DNA of 64,000 bases from Clostridia bacterium (GTDB lineage Bacteria; Bacillota; Clostridia; TANB77; CAG-508): the NCBI GenBank assembly GCA_045650705.1, contig JAZRRK010000037.1, positions 12,151 to 76,150 of the forward strand. The letters run 5' to 3'. Position 1 is the stretch's first letter, and every line of letters begins with the position of its first letter. The notes beneath the pieces are model-generated. The model was not told where the DNA came from. It worked only from the letters and a program-made list of their open reading frames with translations, and did not search any database. Shown here piece after piece: positions 22,635-33,139 of this stretch. A program made the translations under genes and the position numbers.

Positions 22635-23969
22635 TTAGTATCTTTGTCTTCTTGATTCAGCATCTCCCCAAGGAGTTTTTTCATCTTCTACATCTCTGTT
22701 TCTATTATTTTCTTTTTCACTCTTTTCTATAATTTCTTCATTTACTTTTTGTTTTGCAGCTTCTTCTGGTAGATGTTCTTCCCCTATCATATAATTATAT
22801 ATACTTATTGCTTCTTCTTTATTGTATCCTTCATCAATAAATCTATCAATTGTTTGTCTAGGACTTAAATCTTGTATCTGAACACCATCATCTGCTAATG
22901 CTGTTTTTTCTACTGCTTCATATCTATTACTAACATCCTCTGGTTTAACTTCATTAGTACGTGTATCACTTAAGTTGTCTACTACTTTTGAATTATAATC
23001 TCTACCTCTTCCTTCTATACCATATCCTGTCCATTCACCATTTGTTCCTAGTCTCATTTCTTCGAATTCTAAATAGCCTTGTTCTATATGGCACGCAATA
23101 CGAATATCTCTTGCATTTCTATTTGTATTTGTAAGTCCTTTAGTTGTCATTACCTGATATGGTATTTCTTTTTTTACTGGATTACCGTCTTCTCCTAAAC
23201 TTACAACATTCTCTTGTAATTTTGTTGTTGAATCATTAAAGAATTTTGAGGGTTGAGTTTGTCCATTTTTATCTGTATATTCTGCTTTTATTTTTCCATC
23301 ATTATCCCTATAGAAATATAGTCCTTCTTCATCTTTTAATTGAGGATAGTTTTTAAAAAACTGGCTATCTTTTCTTATTATAAAAATGTTTTTAGTAGCT
23401 ATATGTTTTTTTTGTGCTATTTTTTCTTTCTCTTCTTCATCACTTTTTTCTTTATTGTTTTCATCATCTTCTTTTTCGTCTTCTTGCTCGTCGTCTTCTT
23501 TTTCATCATCATCTTTATCTTTTATACTGTCATCTTTATCTTTTTGTTTTCTATCTTTTTCTATCTCTTCTTTTGTTTTTGCTTCTATTTCTTTTAATTT
23601 TTCTTGTAATTTTGATAAATCTACTTTGTCTTTTTCTAATCCAAGTAAATTTAACATATCTCCTAATTTTTTCCTATCTTCATCTGAATATTTTTCATCT
23701 TTTAATATATCAACATTTGGTGTTAGTCTTCCTTCTTCATCTATTGTTGCTATTTTTACATCTTCATCATTAAACTTTATATATACACCATATTCAACTA
23801 TATCTTTCTCGGTTTCATTCTCTATTTCTTGCCTATGTTTTTCTTCAATCATTACATTCTCTAATCTTATTTTGCTCAATTCTAGATTAACATTTTCATA
23901 ATATTTTTCTGTTTCTATTGCATCTTTTTTCATATCTTGTGCTAAATCTTGTCCTTCATTTTCTTCCAT
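22635..23969 (-). CDS. Acidic protein of unknown function, last gene of the T4SS-like block.
   Basis: I place the start at ATG 23969 (MEENEGQ) behind AAGGGGGG. There is a long D/E/K low-complexity stretch and no TM helix. Confidence 0.55.
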   Translation of the reverse strand: MEENEGQDLAQDMKKDAIETEKYYENVNLELSKIRLENVMIEEKHRQEIENETEKDIVEYGVYIKFNDEDVKIATIDEEGRLTPNVDILKDEKYSDEDRKKLGDMLNLLGLEKDKVDLSKLQEKLKEIEAKTKEEIEKDRKQKDKDDSIKDKDDDEKEDDEQEDEKEDDENNKEKSDEEEKEKIAQKKHIATKNIFIIRKDSQFFKNYPQLKDEEGLYFYRDNDGKIKAEYTDKNGQTQPSKFFNDSTTKLQENVVSLGEDGNPVKKEIPYQVMTTKGLTNTNRNARDIRIACHIEQGYLEFEEMRLGTNGEWTGYGIEGRGRDYNSKVVDNLSDTRTNEVKPEDVSNRYEAVEKTALADDGVQIQDLSPRQTIDRFIDEGYNKEEAISIYNYMIGEEHLPEEAAKQKVNEEIIEKSEKENNRNRDVEDEKTPWGDAESRRQRY

Positions 23970-23982
23970 AACAATTCCCCCC

Positions 23983-25254
23983 TTATACATTAAATTCTAT
24001 TGTATAATCTGTATCGCTAATTATATTTACTTTAAACTGTTTTTCTATTTTATTAGACATTGTACTTATGTTTTCTCTAATTATTACTACACATATTCCT
24101 TCTTCATTTACTTCTCTTGTTTCTATTATATTTCTTTCAAAAAAGTTCTGTTGTACATATATTTCAAAATCCTGCTGTGTTGGAAAATATTCTGTTTTAA
24201 ATGTTGTATCTAATAAATTATATGCATTTGTATAATCTTTTGAATTTAACATTTGAATAAACTGTTTAGAAATCTCTTCTATTTGCTCATCTTCAGTATA
24301 TTCAGAGTAATCTTTTAATGTATAATTATCTAGCATTATTCTATAATTCATATATGATGTTTCTATAATTTTATAATAGTTACCATTTTCATCTGTTCCT
24401 ACATATATTTTTTCTTCATCTTCTTCTATTACATTATATTGCATTAACTGTATATTTTGTATCTGTTCTTGTTTTTGGTTAATATAATTTATAAACTCAT
24501 TTATATTTCCAAATCTTTTATTTCTATATTCTTCATCTAATAAATCGTATGCTTTTTGAGTGTTATTATATATTTGAAATAAATAATCTTCTAAATATAT
24601 TTCCATTTGTTTTACATCGTCTACATATTCTTTTTCAAAATTATTGTATAATCCTTTGTTAATTGTAATATCTTCATTTTTTGATAATGCGATTGTAGCA
24701 AAAGTTTCTTCTTGTACTGTTTCCAATTTATATGTATTATTTTGTAAGTCTATGTAAATTATGATAAAACTATCTTGTTCTGTTGCTGTAAAATCTCCAT
24801 TTGCTATTGTTAATGTACCTTTTATATAATATTTACTTTGATATTCATTTTGTGTTACGTATGCTTCTTTTGCTATGTATTTAAAATTATTAGATATTGT
24901 GTAACTTGCATTTCCGCCTAATTCGTTAACTGCATCGGCGTTTCCTTCTTTTATATAATTAAAATATTTAGTTATATTATTTGTTAAACTATATAAAGTA
25001 GAGTTATTATCTACTTTTTCTATTGCTGTGTTTACTTCTAATTGTGGATTATATTCAATAACTTCTTCTTCACTTTCTTCTATTTCATTTTCTATAGAAC
25101 TACTTATAGAATTATTAATATTAGATGTACTGTTAATTATTATTTCATTATTTACATTTTTTTCCGTATCTTTTACACTTAAAACAATTATTGTTCCAGT
25201 TAATACTACTGCAAACATGATTAAAATAATTATTAATAGCTTTAATTCTTTCAT
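23983..25254 (-). CDS. Membrane-anchored extracytoplasmic protein. VirB8/TcpC-like role possible but unproven.
   Basis: 423 aa with N-terminal TM LLIIILIMFAVVLTGTIIVL. The position after the hydrolase matches Gram-positive T4SS gene order. Confidence 0.45.
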   Translation of the reverse strand: MKELKLLIIILIMFAVVLTGTIIVLSVKDTEKNVNNEIIINSTSNINNSISSSIENEIEESEEEVIEYNPQLEVNTAIEKVDNNSTLYSLTNNITKYFNYIKEGNADAVNELGGNASYTISNNFKYIAKEAYVTQNEYQSKYYIKGTLTIANGDFTATEQDSFIIIYIDLQNNTYKLETVQEETFATIALSKNEDITINKGLYNNFEKEYVDDVKQMEIYLEDYLFQIYNNTQKAYDLLDEEYRNKRFGNINEFINYINQKQEQIQNIQLMQYNVIEEDEEKIYVGTDENGNYYKIIETSYMNYRIMLDNYTLKDYSEYTEDEQIEEISKQFIQMLNSKDYTNAYNLLDTTFKTEYFPTQQDFEIYVQQNFFERNIIETREVNEEGICVVIIRENISTMSNKIEKQFKVNIISDTDYTIEFNV

Positions 25255-26579
25255 ACATCCTCCAAAGTATTAGTTATCGCAAAATATTCTACACAAGATG
25301 TTAATACAGTATCTACATCTATCCATCCGGTTTTTCCAGGTTGTGTTGAACTTGGGTTTGATAAATATACTTCATTTGTTTCTTCATTATAATCTAATAT
25401 TGCCATCCAGTGTTGTGAATTTGTAAAAATGCTACTTCCTGTATATTTTATTCCACCAATAGTAACTCCATTTTTACCTAAAACTAAAATTATTACTGGT
25501 CTATTTGATTGTAAATGTGTTATTATATTATTTTTTTGTGTTTCTGTTAATTCTGTTTTATTACCTGTATGGGGTCTACTATATCTTACTCCATATGCAT
25601 TGGCTGCTGTTAATGGATAAAAAGTTGTCAAATCCCCCTCGCCATCTGATATTTTTATTACTATATCTTTTGGATTTATATCTGCATTTTGGTATCCACT
25701 TACTATAACTGCAATACTTGTTAAACAACAACCATCATATTTTATTGTTGTAGTTATTTCTTTGCCTTGGCTATTTGTATATCTGATCCACTCATGTTCT
25801 GCATATGAGCCCTTTATTTGTTTATAATTTCTATATTGTTTTCCCGAATAACTTATGTATATATTGTCATACCCATCTCCTGTTTGTGCTATTTCTCCGG
25901 TTGTAATTATTCCTGCATTTATAGCTGTTTTTTGCATACTATTTACAATATTGTTTGTCCATTCTGTAACAGTTTCATCACCTTCTGGAAGGTATGCTTC
26001 TGCAATTTCTTGTATAGTTGTAAGTCCTTCTTCTTTCCATTTCTTAGCTTTTTCATCAATATTTGTTAGAAAACTATCTAAATTAAAATCGCTACTTCCT
26101 TCTGCTTCTTCAAATATTACTGTTATTAAAAAACCTGCAGTATAACCATTATCATCCTGCCACGTTTTTATTTCACTTATTTTCTCTTTTAGAGCATTTT
26201 TTAATTCTTCGCTTTCAGTATCATATAAATCTATAAAACTTTCAATTTCTGTTTCATCTAGATTCCATTCTTCATTATTAGCTATATCTATATTGGTTTC
26301 CTGTGTAGTAGTAATAGAAGACATTGAAGATTCATCTTCCTCATCTGAACTTCCTTTTCCGCTAATCGGTATTGTAAATAATGAAACTACAACTATAACT
26401 ACTAGTATTGGCCACAATATTTTTAATAATGCTATCATAGTCATTACAGTTGCTTTTACTGCTATAAAAAATTTCTTTATTTTCTGAGCTTTTTTCATAT
26501 TCTTTTCTAATATCTCTTTGCCTCGTTTTAATGCCTCATTCTCTTCTTTTGAATAGTTGTTTTTATTTCCATCTTCCAT
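25251..26579 (-). CDS. Membrane-anchored papain-like cysteine peptidase (C39-like/CHAP-like). Candidate T4SS cell-wall hydrolase.
   Basis: TM helix near the N-terminus. C-terminal domain with Cys in YDGCCLTSIAVI and His in SQHWMAILDY. Confidence 0.55.
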   Translation of the reverse strand: MEDGNKNNYSKEENEALKRGKEILEKNMKKAQKIKKFFIAVKATVMTMIALLKILWPILVVIVVVSLFTIPISGKGSSDEEDESSMSSITTTQETNIDIANNEEWNLDETEIESFIDLYDTESEELKNALKEKISEIKTWQDDNGYTAGFLITVIFEEAEGSSDFNLDSFLTNIDEKAKKWKEEGLTTIQEIAEAYLPEGDETVTEWTNNIVNSMQKTAINAGIITTGEIAQTGDGYDNIYISYSGKQYRNYKQIKGSYAEHEWIRYTNSQGKEITTTIKYDGCCLTSIAVIVSGYQNADINPKDIVIKISDGEGDLTTFYPLTAANAYGVRYSRPHTGNKTELTETQKNNIITHLQSNRPVIILVLGKNGVTIGGIKYTGSSIFTNSQHWMAILDYNEETNEVYLSNPSSTQPGKTGWIDVDTVLTSCVEYFAITNTLEDV

Positions 26580-26640
26580 TACTATTCACCTCATCTCTTT
26601 TTAATATTTTAGGCAGATTTGCATCTGCCTAATTCATATT

Positions 26641-28824
26641 TTAACTCCAGAAATCTTTCATTTGATCATACAAATCTCCTGCATCTTTTTTACTTAAGCC
26701 TCCATAGTTTTCCACATATTGTATGAATTGATTTTTCCCTGTTATTCCTAACTCTTTTGCTTTACTTGCTATTGTTGCATTTCTTGCTACTACTTTTGCA
26801 TCTTTTCCATGTTTTCGTACTATGTCTGCCATTGTGCTTGCATCTTTTACCCCTGCTCCTTTAAGCATGTTATACTCTGATGCTCCTATTCCTGCGTTCG
26901 CTAGTGTTGGTATATCTTTTATTGATATTCCCTCTGCTTTTTCATATGCTTTGTATGTGTCTCCTGTTATTCCATTTTGTAACGCTTCCCTTATTTTACT
27001 TGCATCTGTTATTCCATTATCTAAAAATTGTTGTGTTGCCTCTTTTACGTTTATTCCTTGTGCTTCACATATTTTTTGTATGCTTTCATCTTGTGCTATC
27101 ATTTTATATCCATCACTTTTATAGAATTGCTTATCAAATTGTCTATTACTATATGCTTCTACACCAAATTTCCCCTGTTGATAATCTTTATATGTATCTT
27201 TTCCTAGTTTGCCTAAATTTCCTAATGCATTACTTGTTAATGCTGAACCTGCTGCTACTCCTCCTCCTATTAATGCTGCTGCATCTTTTCCTCCTGATGC
27301 TACTGTTGCTGCTAGCCCAACTGTTGCTCCTAATACTGCTCCTGGGGCTTTCTTTAGTAGACCTATTCCTGCTGATTTTATTCCATCTACTCCTTTTATT
27401 GCTAATCCTTTTCCTGCATTTCCTAGACCTCTTCCTATTCCACCTGAGCTTCCTGAACCTGTTCCTCCGCCAGTTGAACCTGAATTTCCTGTGTCCGTTT
27501 CTGCTCCGGCTGCACCTAGTCCTCCTGTGTTTGAACCTGAGCCATCTCCACTTGAACTTCCTGAACCACTTGCTCCTGCTCCGCCTCCATTTCTTGTTGC
27601 TGTTCTTACTCCATTTGAGCTTCCTGATGCTCCTGAACCTGCTCCTTCTGCTCCTTCTTTTGGTGGTTTTCCTTTTATTTTGTTTAGCATGCTCATTACC
27701 ATTGCTCCTCCTGCTGCTGCTCCTAGTTGACTTGTTGGTGACTCTGATTTCATTCCAAACATTTCTTTTATGAATTTCTCTGCTGGTACTAAGAATGCTA
27801 ATGCTACTATTGCATATAAAATATTCTCTGTTGCAAATGAAAATGCACTACTTATTAAGACTGTATATAGTAATAAATGTACTGGTTGTATTAAACAATT
27901 AAATATGTATTCTCTTAGCCAAAAACTAAATGCTTGGGCTTTTCCATCTTTTATTTTATCTAATGGGTATGTTAATGCTATCATTGGTGCTACCATTGTT
28001 AAAAATGCCATAAATACTACCCTTTTTAAGTATTGGAATGTGAATACAAAAGTTAATATTACCAATGCTAAATACATTACTGTATATCCAAATGCTTCTT
28101 TTATTTCTCCACCAAACTCTGAAGCTTCATTTGCTTTATCTCTTACTAAGCTCATTAATTTATCCGATGTATTTCCATCTAAAGTTGTGCCTGCTACATT
28201 ATTTTGTATTATTTCATTTAAATTTTGTGTTACACTTAACATAAATGCCATTATATAATGTAACATAAATAAAATACATATTGCAACTAACCAATCTTTT
28301 AACATATTTTTGTATTTTGCTTTATCTTGTGCTGAACTGCTACTTAATATTATTCTTATACCTACGTATACTAACACTGATAATAGTCCTACTAATGCTA
28401 TTGTTCTTAATGCTTGATACCATGTTGATATGGTGCTTTGTAAAGCGTGTGCGGTTGATTCTATCTCAGTTACCTTTGTAATATTTGGTATATGCGATAA
28501 ATCATAAGCATAGACAGTAGTCTCATTATAGGTTATATTCTCTCCAGAACAATATACACTTATCTTCACGCATAAGCAATTGTTTTTAACCCAAAAAGTC
28601 GCATCTTCTGGTTTGTGGGTTATGCCATTACTATCAGTGAAAGTATAGCCATATTGAACGATAGCGTCAAAAACCACATTGCCTACTGCATTATATCCCG
28701 TATCATCTTCTGGAAAATTTTCACCTAGTCTAATATTAGACAAGCCAAGATTTTCAAATGCTTCCTCCGATACTCCAGGAATATACTCAAGTAAACCGTG
28801 TTCCATTTCCTTGTACCCAATCAT
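26641..28824 (-). CDS. VirB6/TrbL-like polytopic membrane protein with a long G/S/A-rich linker and a C-terminal helical domain.
   Basis: 727 aa. About 6 TM helices between residues ~140 and 370, then ~170 residues of Gly/Ser/Ala low complexity, which is locally GC-rich DNA (27200-27730). Confidence 0.6.
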   Translation of the reverse strand: MIGYKEMEHGLLEYIPGVSEEAFENLGLSNIRLGENFPEDDTGYNAVGNVVFDAIVQYGYTFTDSNGITHKPEDATFWVKNNCLCVKISVYCSGENITYNETTVYAYDLSHIPNITKVTEIESTAHALQSTISTWYQALRTIALVGLLSVLVYVGIRIILSSSSAQDKAKYKNMLKDWLVAICILFMLHYIMAFMLSVTQNLNEIIQNNVAGTTLDGNTSDKLMSLVRDKANEASEFGGEIKEAFGYTVMYLALVILTFVFTFQYLKRVVFMAFLTMVAPMIALTYPLDKIKDGKAQAFSFWLREYIFNCLIQPVHLLLYTVLISSAFSFATENILYAIVALAFLVPAEKFIKEMFGMKSESPTSQLGAAAGGAMVMSMLNKIKGKPPKEGAEGAGSGASGSSNGVRTATRNGGGAGASGSGSSSGDGSGSNTGGLGAAGAETDTGNSGSTGGGTGSGSSGGIGRGLGNAGKGLAIKGVDGIKSAGIGLLKKAPGAVLGATVGLAATVASGGKDAAALIGGGVAAGSALTSNALGNLGKLGKDTYKDYQQGKFGVEAYSNRQFDKQFYKSDGYKMIAQDESIQKICEAQGINVKEATQQFLDNGITDASKIREALQNGITGDTYKAYEKAEGISIKDIPTLANAGIGASEYNMLKGAGVKDASTMADIVRKHGKDAKVVARNATIASKAKELGITGKNQFIQYVENYGGLSKKDAGDLYDQMKDFWS

Positions 28825-29423
28825 GTCCGATATTCAGCAGTCAAGAAAATAACTTTAGAATCTATCATATTTGACCACAAAAAAACCGGACCCCCAGAAT
28901 TACCGCCGGACGAGATTTTCAAGCCCCAACGATTTAAGTACTCAGATGTATATTCACCTTTTAGAAGTTTATTACCAACATACACATCGTTTTCCCATAT
29001 GCTCTGGAATTTATAAATAGTTTCCATTTTATAACCATTCTTATCAATAAGCTTCATAATGTCTATTAGTTCTTGATCGCTCTCTAAATGTGCCAAATTA
29101 TTTTTTACTTCTGTTTTATATTCGTTATCACCTATAAAGTTTATTTTCAATCCTGCTACTCTGTCTAAAAATATTATTCCTGGAGAATACAGTATTTCCG
29201 AGTCTCCTGTATAACTTGCTATATCCCAAGTTCCTACCATCATTTTTTGCATTACCTGCAAAAATAAGTCTGCTATGAATCTTAATAAATCAAAAAGTCC
29301 ATTAATTAAATCTTTACCAACCTTTGACCAAGATACTGCTTGCACTTCATTTGGCATAATAAAATTACTTACCATTATTATTGTTATTAATACTATTATT
29401 GTTTTCTTTATTAATATACTCAT
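28821..29423 (-). CDS. Membrane-anchored or secreted protein, unknown function.
   Basis: 200 aa with N-terminal TM/signal IIVLITIIMVSNFIMPNEVQA. A 4-nt ATGA overlap with the next gene. Confidence 0.5.
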   Translation of the reverse strand: MSILIKKTIIVLITIIMVSNFIMPNEVQAVSWSKVGKDLINGLFDLLRFIADLFLQVMQKMMVGTWDIASYTGDSEILYSPGIIFLDRVAGLKINFIGDNEYKTEVKNNLAHLESDQELIDIMKLIDKNGYKMETIYKFQSIWENDVYVGNKLLKGEYTSEYLNRWGLKISSGGNSGGPVFLWSNMIDSKVIFLTAEYRT

Positions 29424-29505
29424 TTATTTTCCCCTCTCTATTAAGGTTTATCTCTATCATTTATTATACCATATTTTTCTGGCATTTTAAAGTTTTTATG
29501 TAAAT

Positions 29506-31467
29506 TTATCCATTTCTTTCTGCTAATTTGTTTAAGTTTGTTTCCATAAATTCAAATTCTTTTCTTGTTGGTGTTATTTGTAATATTGCTGTATCTGCTC
29601 CTACTTTAAATAGCCCTTCTCCTATTGTACATGTTACTAAGAAGTTTGCTTCTCCTTCGCTTAATTTAAATACTTCTTTTAAATATTGTATTTCAGATTT
29701 ATCTTGCGCTAAGAATAGTTTTGTATCTGATGATGTTAGTACTGCTTGTGCTTCTGGTTTTTCATAGAAGTCTTGGAATCTTTGTGATACTATTGCTAAT
29801 GATACATTTCTTTTTCTTGCACGTCTTGCCATTTTATTTAAAAAGTCTACAGCTTCTGGGAATGGTAATAACATCCACGCTTCATCTACTAAAACTCTTT
29901 TCTTTGTAGCTCTATTTCTATCCTCACTATTTTTCTTTACAAATTTTTCCCATATCCAAGATAATAGTATTTGCTGTGCAAGTGGTCTTGCAAATCTTTC
30001 TTCTAATTGTGATATATCTAAGTTTATAAATGGCACTCCTTCTAATAAATCAAAAGTTGATTGTCCATCAAAATATGCCATTTGTCCATTTAGCTCTCTT
30101 ACATATTGTTTCATAACTTTTTTCAAGTAGCTATAGTGGAATGTATAGTTTTCATCTGTATTTTCTTCTGCTTTTTTCATTAATGTTTTATACCAAGAAC
30201 CTATTGTTGGCATTTCTTTTTTATCTCTTGCTAAATTTCCTAATCGTAATCCACTAGCTGAATCTTTATATAAGCTATTTGGATCTGCTGTTATTCCACA
30301 TCTTGTATATTCTTCCGCTACTGCTTCTGCTATTATTTGTTTTGTAAGCTCGTTTACTTCATCACTTCTTGTACTTCCTCTTGCCATTGTAATTAATGCT
30401 TGTGTTACGTCTTCTATTTTATTTTCTACATTTAATACTGTTCTTTCTCTTCCTGTTATTTCATCCTTTACTTTTTCTTCTTCTATATCAAATAAATTTA
30501 TTATAGTTTGTGATGTTGGACTTATAACAACATTTATTCCGCCTAAACTTTCTGCAACTATTTTATATTCTCCTTCAGCATCTAGTGCTAAACTTTCTAT
30601 TCCCATAAGTACTGCTGAACGTGATATTAATGTTTTCATTGTAACAGATTTACCTGCACCAGATTTAGCAAATACTACCATATTATAATTTGCTAAACTT
30701 TGATGGAAATTATCAAATAAAACTGGTACTCCTGTTTGTTTATTCATTCCTAGAGGTATTCCACTTAAATGTCCTACTTCTGATGTTGTAAATGGGAAAA
30801 CTGTTGCCATAGAATTACGGTCAAATGTATGTACTTTTTTTATTGAATCTTTCATAAGTGGTACATTTGATTGTAAAGCCTCATCTTGCATTGCCCAAGC
30901 TGATTTTATTCCTACTAATGTCTTTGAAAGCTCTGTTGCTAATAATTTAGAGTATGCTTCTAAACTTTGTAAATTATATGTAAACAAAGTTGCAACAATT
31001 GATGCTTCAAATAATTTATTAAATCCTGATGCTATTTCGTCTCTTAAAGCTTCTGTTTCCATTCTTTTTTGAGCTAGTATACTTTCACGATTTATATTTC
31101 CTCTATCTGCGGCTACTATTCTTTCTGTTTCTAATTGATTAATTACTCTATTTAATTCATTTTGAGACCTTGCTTCTGGAACTGGGTTTATATAAATTGA
31201 GGTATTTATATCTCCAAATAGGTACATATCTCTAAATAATTCTGGGAATGTGCACATACGTGGAAGGCTAGATACAAAGAAACTTCTTGCATATCTAGTT
31301 GTATTCGAAAGTATCTCTAAGTGGTCTATATTAGATGCATCTATTCCAGATGGTGCTATTAATTCCTTAACAGTCTTTTTTCTTAATATGTTATATTCAG
31401 GTTCATTAGTTTTTAAATTATTCTGCATTTGTAGTTCTTCTTGTTCTCTTCTTTGTTTTTTGCTCAT
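29506..31467 (-). CDS. virB4: VirB4-family type IV secretion ATPase (Gram-positive TcpF/Orf16/CD1110-like).
   Basis: 653 aa. N-terminal ..LIAPSGIDASN..YARSFFVSSLPR.. pattern, Walker A VFAKSGAGKS, Walker B RVLVDEAW. Confidence 0.85.
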   Translation of the reverse strand: MSKKQRREQEELQMQNNLKTNEPEYNILRKKTVKELIAPSGIDASNIDHLEILSNTTRYARSFFVSSLPRMCTFPELFRDMYLFGDINTSIYINPVPEARSQNELNRVINQLETERIVAADRGNINRESILAQKRMETEALRDEIASGFNKLFEASIVATLFTYNLQSLEAYSKLLATELSKTLVGIKSAWAMQDEALQSNVPLMKDSIKKVHTFDRNSMATVFPFTTSEVGHLSGIPLGMNKQTGVPVLFDNFHQSLANYNMVVFAKSGAGKSVTMKTLISRSAVLMGIESLALDAEGEYKIVAESLGGINVVISPTSQTIINLFDIEEEKVKDEITGRERTVLNVENKIEDVTQALITMARGSTRSDEVNELTKQIIAEAVAEEYTRCGITADPNSLYKDSASGLRLGNLARDKKEMPTIGSWYKTLMKKAEENTDENYTFHYSYLKKVMKQYVRELNGQMAYFDGQSTFDLLEGVPFINLDISQLEERFARPLAQQILLSWIWEKFVKKNSEDRNRATKKRVLVDEAWMLLPFPEAVDFLNKMARRARKRNVSLAIVSQRFQDFYEKPEAQAVLTSSDTKLFLAQDKSEIQYLKEVFKLSEGEANFLVTCTIGEGLFKVGADTAILQITPTRKEFEFMETNLNKLAERNG

Positions 31468-32614
31468 CTAACTTACCTCCTTCTTTTGTCTCTTCTCCTT
31501 GTATTTTCTCAATCGCTTTTTCTGTAACATCTTTACCTACGTATTTTTGATTTTGTTTTACTAAATCTTCTGCCATTTGCTTTACTAATTTTTCAAATTG
31601 TTCTTCTTTTTGTTTTACTTTTCTCTCTTTCTCAGCTCTTACATCATCTATGGTTGCCATTGCTAAATTAAATGCATTTTCTTTTATTTGATTGTCTATT
31701 GCTTTCATTTTTTTATCTAAAACATCTGGAGCTGTTGAATATAATTCATTATATCCTGCTTCTAATGCTTTTTCTACACTATATATTTCTGCCTCATCTC
31801 TGTTGTATGCAATATATAGCAATTCTACTAACTCATTAGAGTTAAGAATTTTACATTTCATTTCACAAGAGAATAATGCTCTAATTAAACTTTGTGCTCT
31901 TGTATATAGTTCAGAGAAAATCATACTTTTCTTTTCTTCTTCATCTAATAAATCTGTTCCTATCTCTGCTGTATAATATGGAACTATTATGTAATAATGT
32001 TTTCTTAAAACATTTTTATTTTGGCTGGTTTTTTGTATGTCATTTATTACATCCAATCCATATTCATATAAATTTTTTAATCTTAATATTTCCCTTTTTA
32101 AAACCTGTGCTTGTTGTTCGTTGTAGTTCTCAGATTTTAACATAATGCTATATTCTTTTTGTTTATTATCTAATTCTTTTTTTGTATCTTCTAATTTATT
32201 TTTATAATTTGATATACTATCTTCTATATTTATTGTTCTTGTTTGTGTATATATTTGTATAGGATATCTTAATGTGTTTAAGAATTGTACAAATCCAGAT
32301 TCTACTGCTGTTTTTTCTACTTGAGACATTAAATCATAATTTATACCTTCACATTCTATTGCCATTAAGTATCTTGTTCCATTGTCTTGAACTATCATAT
32401 TATCTTCTATTTTATCAAATTGCATAAATTTAAATATTGATTTTTTTGTATATTGTGTTGCTATCTTTGTTGATGTTCCTGAAGTAACTTTTTCTTCTTC
32501 TTCAATTTTTTTCTTATTTTTATATGATATATAAAAATATATAAATGCCAATATCATTATAAAGAATATTAATAACACCAAAATTATTGTTAATCCATCC
32601 ATTAAATTATCCAT
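31418..32614 (-). CDS. T4SS-associated membrane-anchored coiled-coil protein, unknown function.
   Basis: 398 aa with N-terminal TM LTIILVLLIFFIMILAFIYFYI and no Walker A. It overlaps both the VirB3-like and VirB4 genes. Confidence 0.5.
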   Translation of the reverse strand: MDNLMDGLTIILVLLIFFIMILAFIYFYISYKNKKKIEEEEKVTSGTSTKIATQYTKKSIFKFMQFDKIEDNMIVQDNGTRYLMAIECEGINYDLMSQVEKTAVESGFVQFLNTLRYPIQIYTQTRTINIEDSISNYKNKLEDTKKELDNKQKEYSIMLKSENYNEQQAQVLKREILRLKNLYEYGLDVINDIQKTSQNKNVLRKHYYIIVPYYTAEIGTDLLDEEEKKSMIFSELYTRAQSLIRALFSCEMKCKILNSNELVELLYIAYNRDEAEIYSVEKALEAGYNELYSTAPDVLDKKMKAIDNQIKENAFNLAMATIDDVRAEKERKVKQKEEQFEKLVKQMAEDLVKQNQKYVGKDVTEKAIEKIQGEETKEGGKLDEQKTKKRTRRTTNAE

Positions 32615-32912
32615 TATTTCTTTCCTCCTCTGTTCCTACATATGTATAAATAACATTTCCTTTTTTCTTAAATTTCCACCATCTTATAAATGCTTTATCT
32701 ATTTCCTCTCCTCCCAATTTTCGTGTTATTTCTATTCCATTTGTATCTGGGATTTTAAATGTTCCTATTACAAACCCTATAGCTGCAAAAAATATGGCTA
32801 ATCCTATTCCTAACCATGTCATCTTTAATAAAGAACCAAATATATAATAGAATAATATTCCTATAACTCCTGTTGCACATGTGTATATTAAAGATTTTGT
32901 TGTAAATATCAT
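32607..32912 (-). CDS. VirB3/PrgI-like small two-TM protein.
   Basis: 101 aa with two TM helices, immediately upstream of the VirB4 region as in Gram-positive T4SS loci. Confidence 0.6.
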   Translation of the reverse strand: MIFTTKSLIYTCATGVIGILFYYIFGSLLKMTWLGIGLAIFFAAIGFVIGTFKIPDTNGIEITRKLGGEEIDKAFIRWWKFKKKGNVIYTYVGTEEERNNG

Positions 32913-33102
32913 TAATATTCTTCCGCTCGCCTTTTACATTTCTTGGTATATTATGTGTTGCCAATTTATATTCCTCCTTTGTACTAAAATCAATCTAATT
33001 ATAGTTATTTATATTATAACAAATAAAGTAGTAAATTGTAACATTTTAGCATAATGTAATACAAACTTAATAATTTTGTAATATTTTTGTAATATTAGGC
33101 AC

Positions 33103-33130
33103 AAAAAAACTGGTCCGAAGACCAGTTTTT
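33103..33130 (-). terminator. Rho-independent terminator after the pilin-like genes.
   Basis: Stem aaactggtc/gaccagttt with loop cgaa, flanked by A/T runs. Confidence 0.75.
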
Positions 33131-33139
33131 TAATGTATT

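Noticed and set aside
28821-29423. A trypsin-like serine protease call based on GGNSGGPVF near the C-terminus of the 200-aa ORF.
   Set aside because: The motif lies about 25 residues from the end. No upstream His or Asp catalytic context is recognisable, and the chain is too short for an S1 fold. The motif also sits in a compositionally odd patch, so the match may be fortuitous.
31418-32614. The 398-aa protein as the missing T4SS coupling protein or as a split N-terminal half of VirB4.
   Set aside because: It has no Walker A or B motif. The 653-aa VirB4 already contains its own N-terminal domain pattern (LIAPSGIDASN..YARSFFVSSLPR), so it is not obviously truncated.
32755-32964. A 69-aa minus-strand ORF overlapping the VirB3-like gene in another frame.
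   Set aside because: It is an alternative frame of a better-supported two-TM ORF. It has no RBS and an implausible Cys/Arg/Asn-rich composition.
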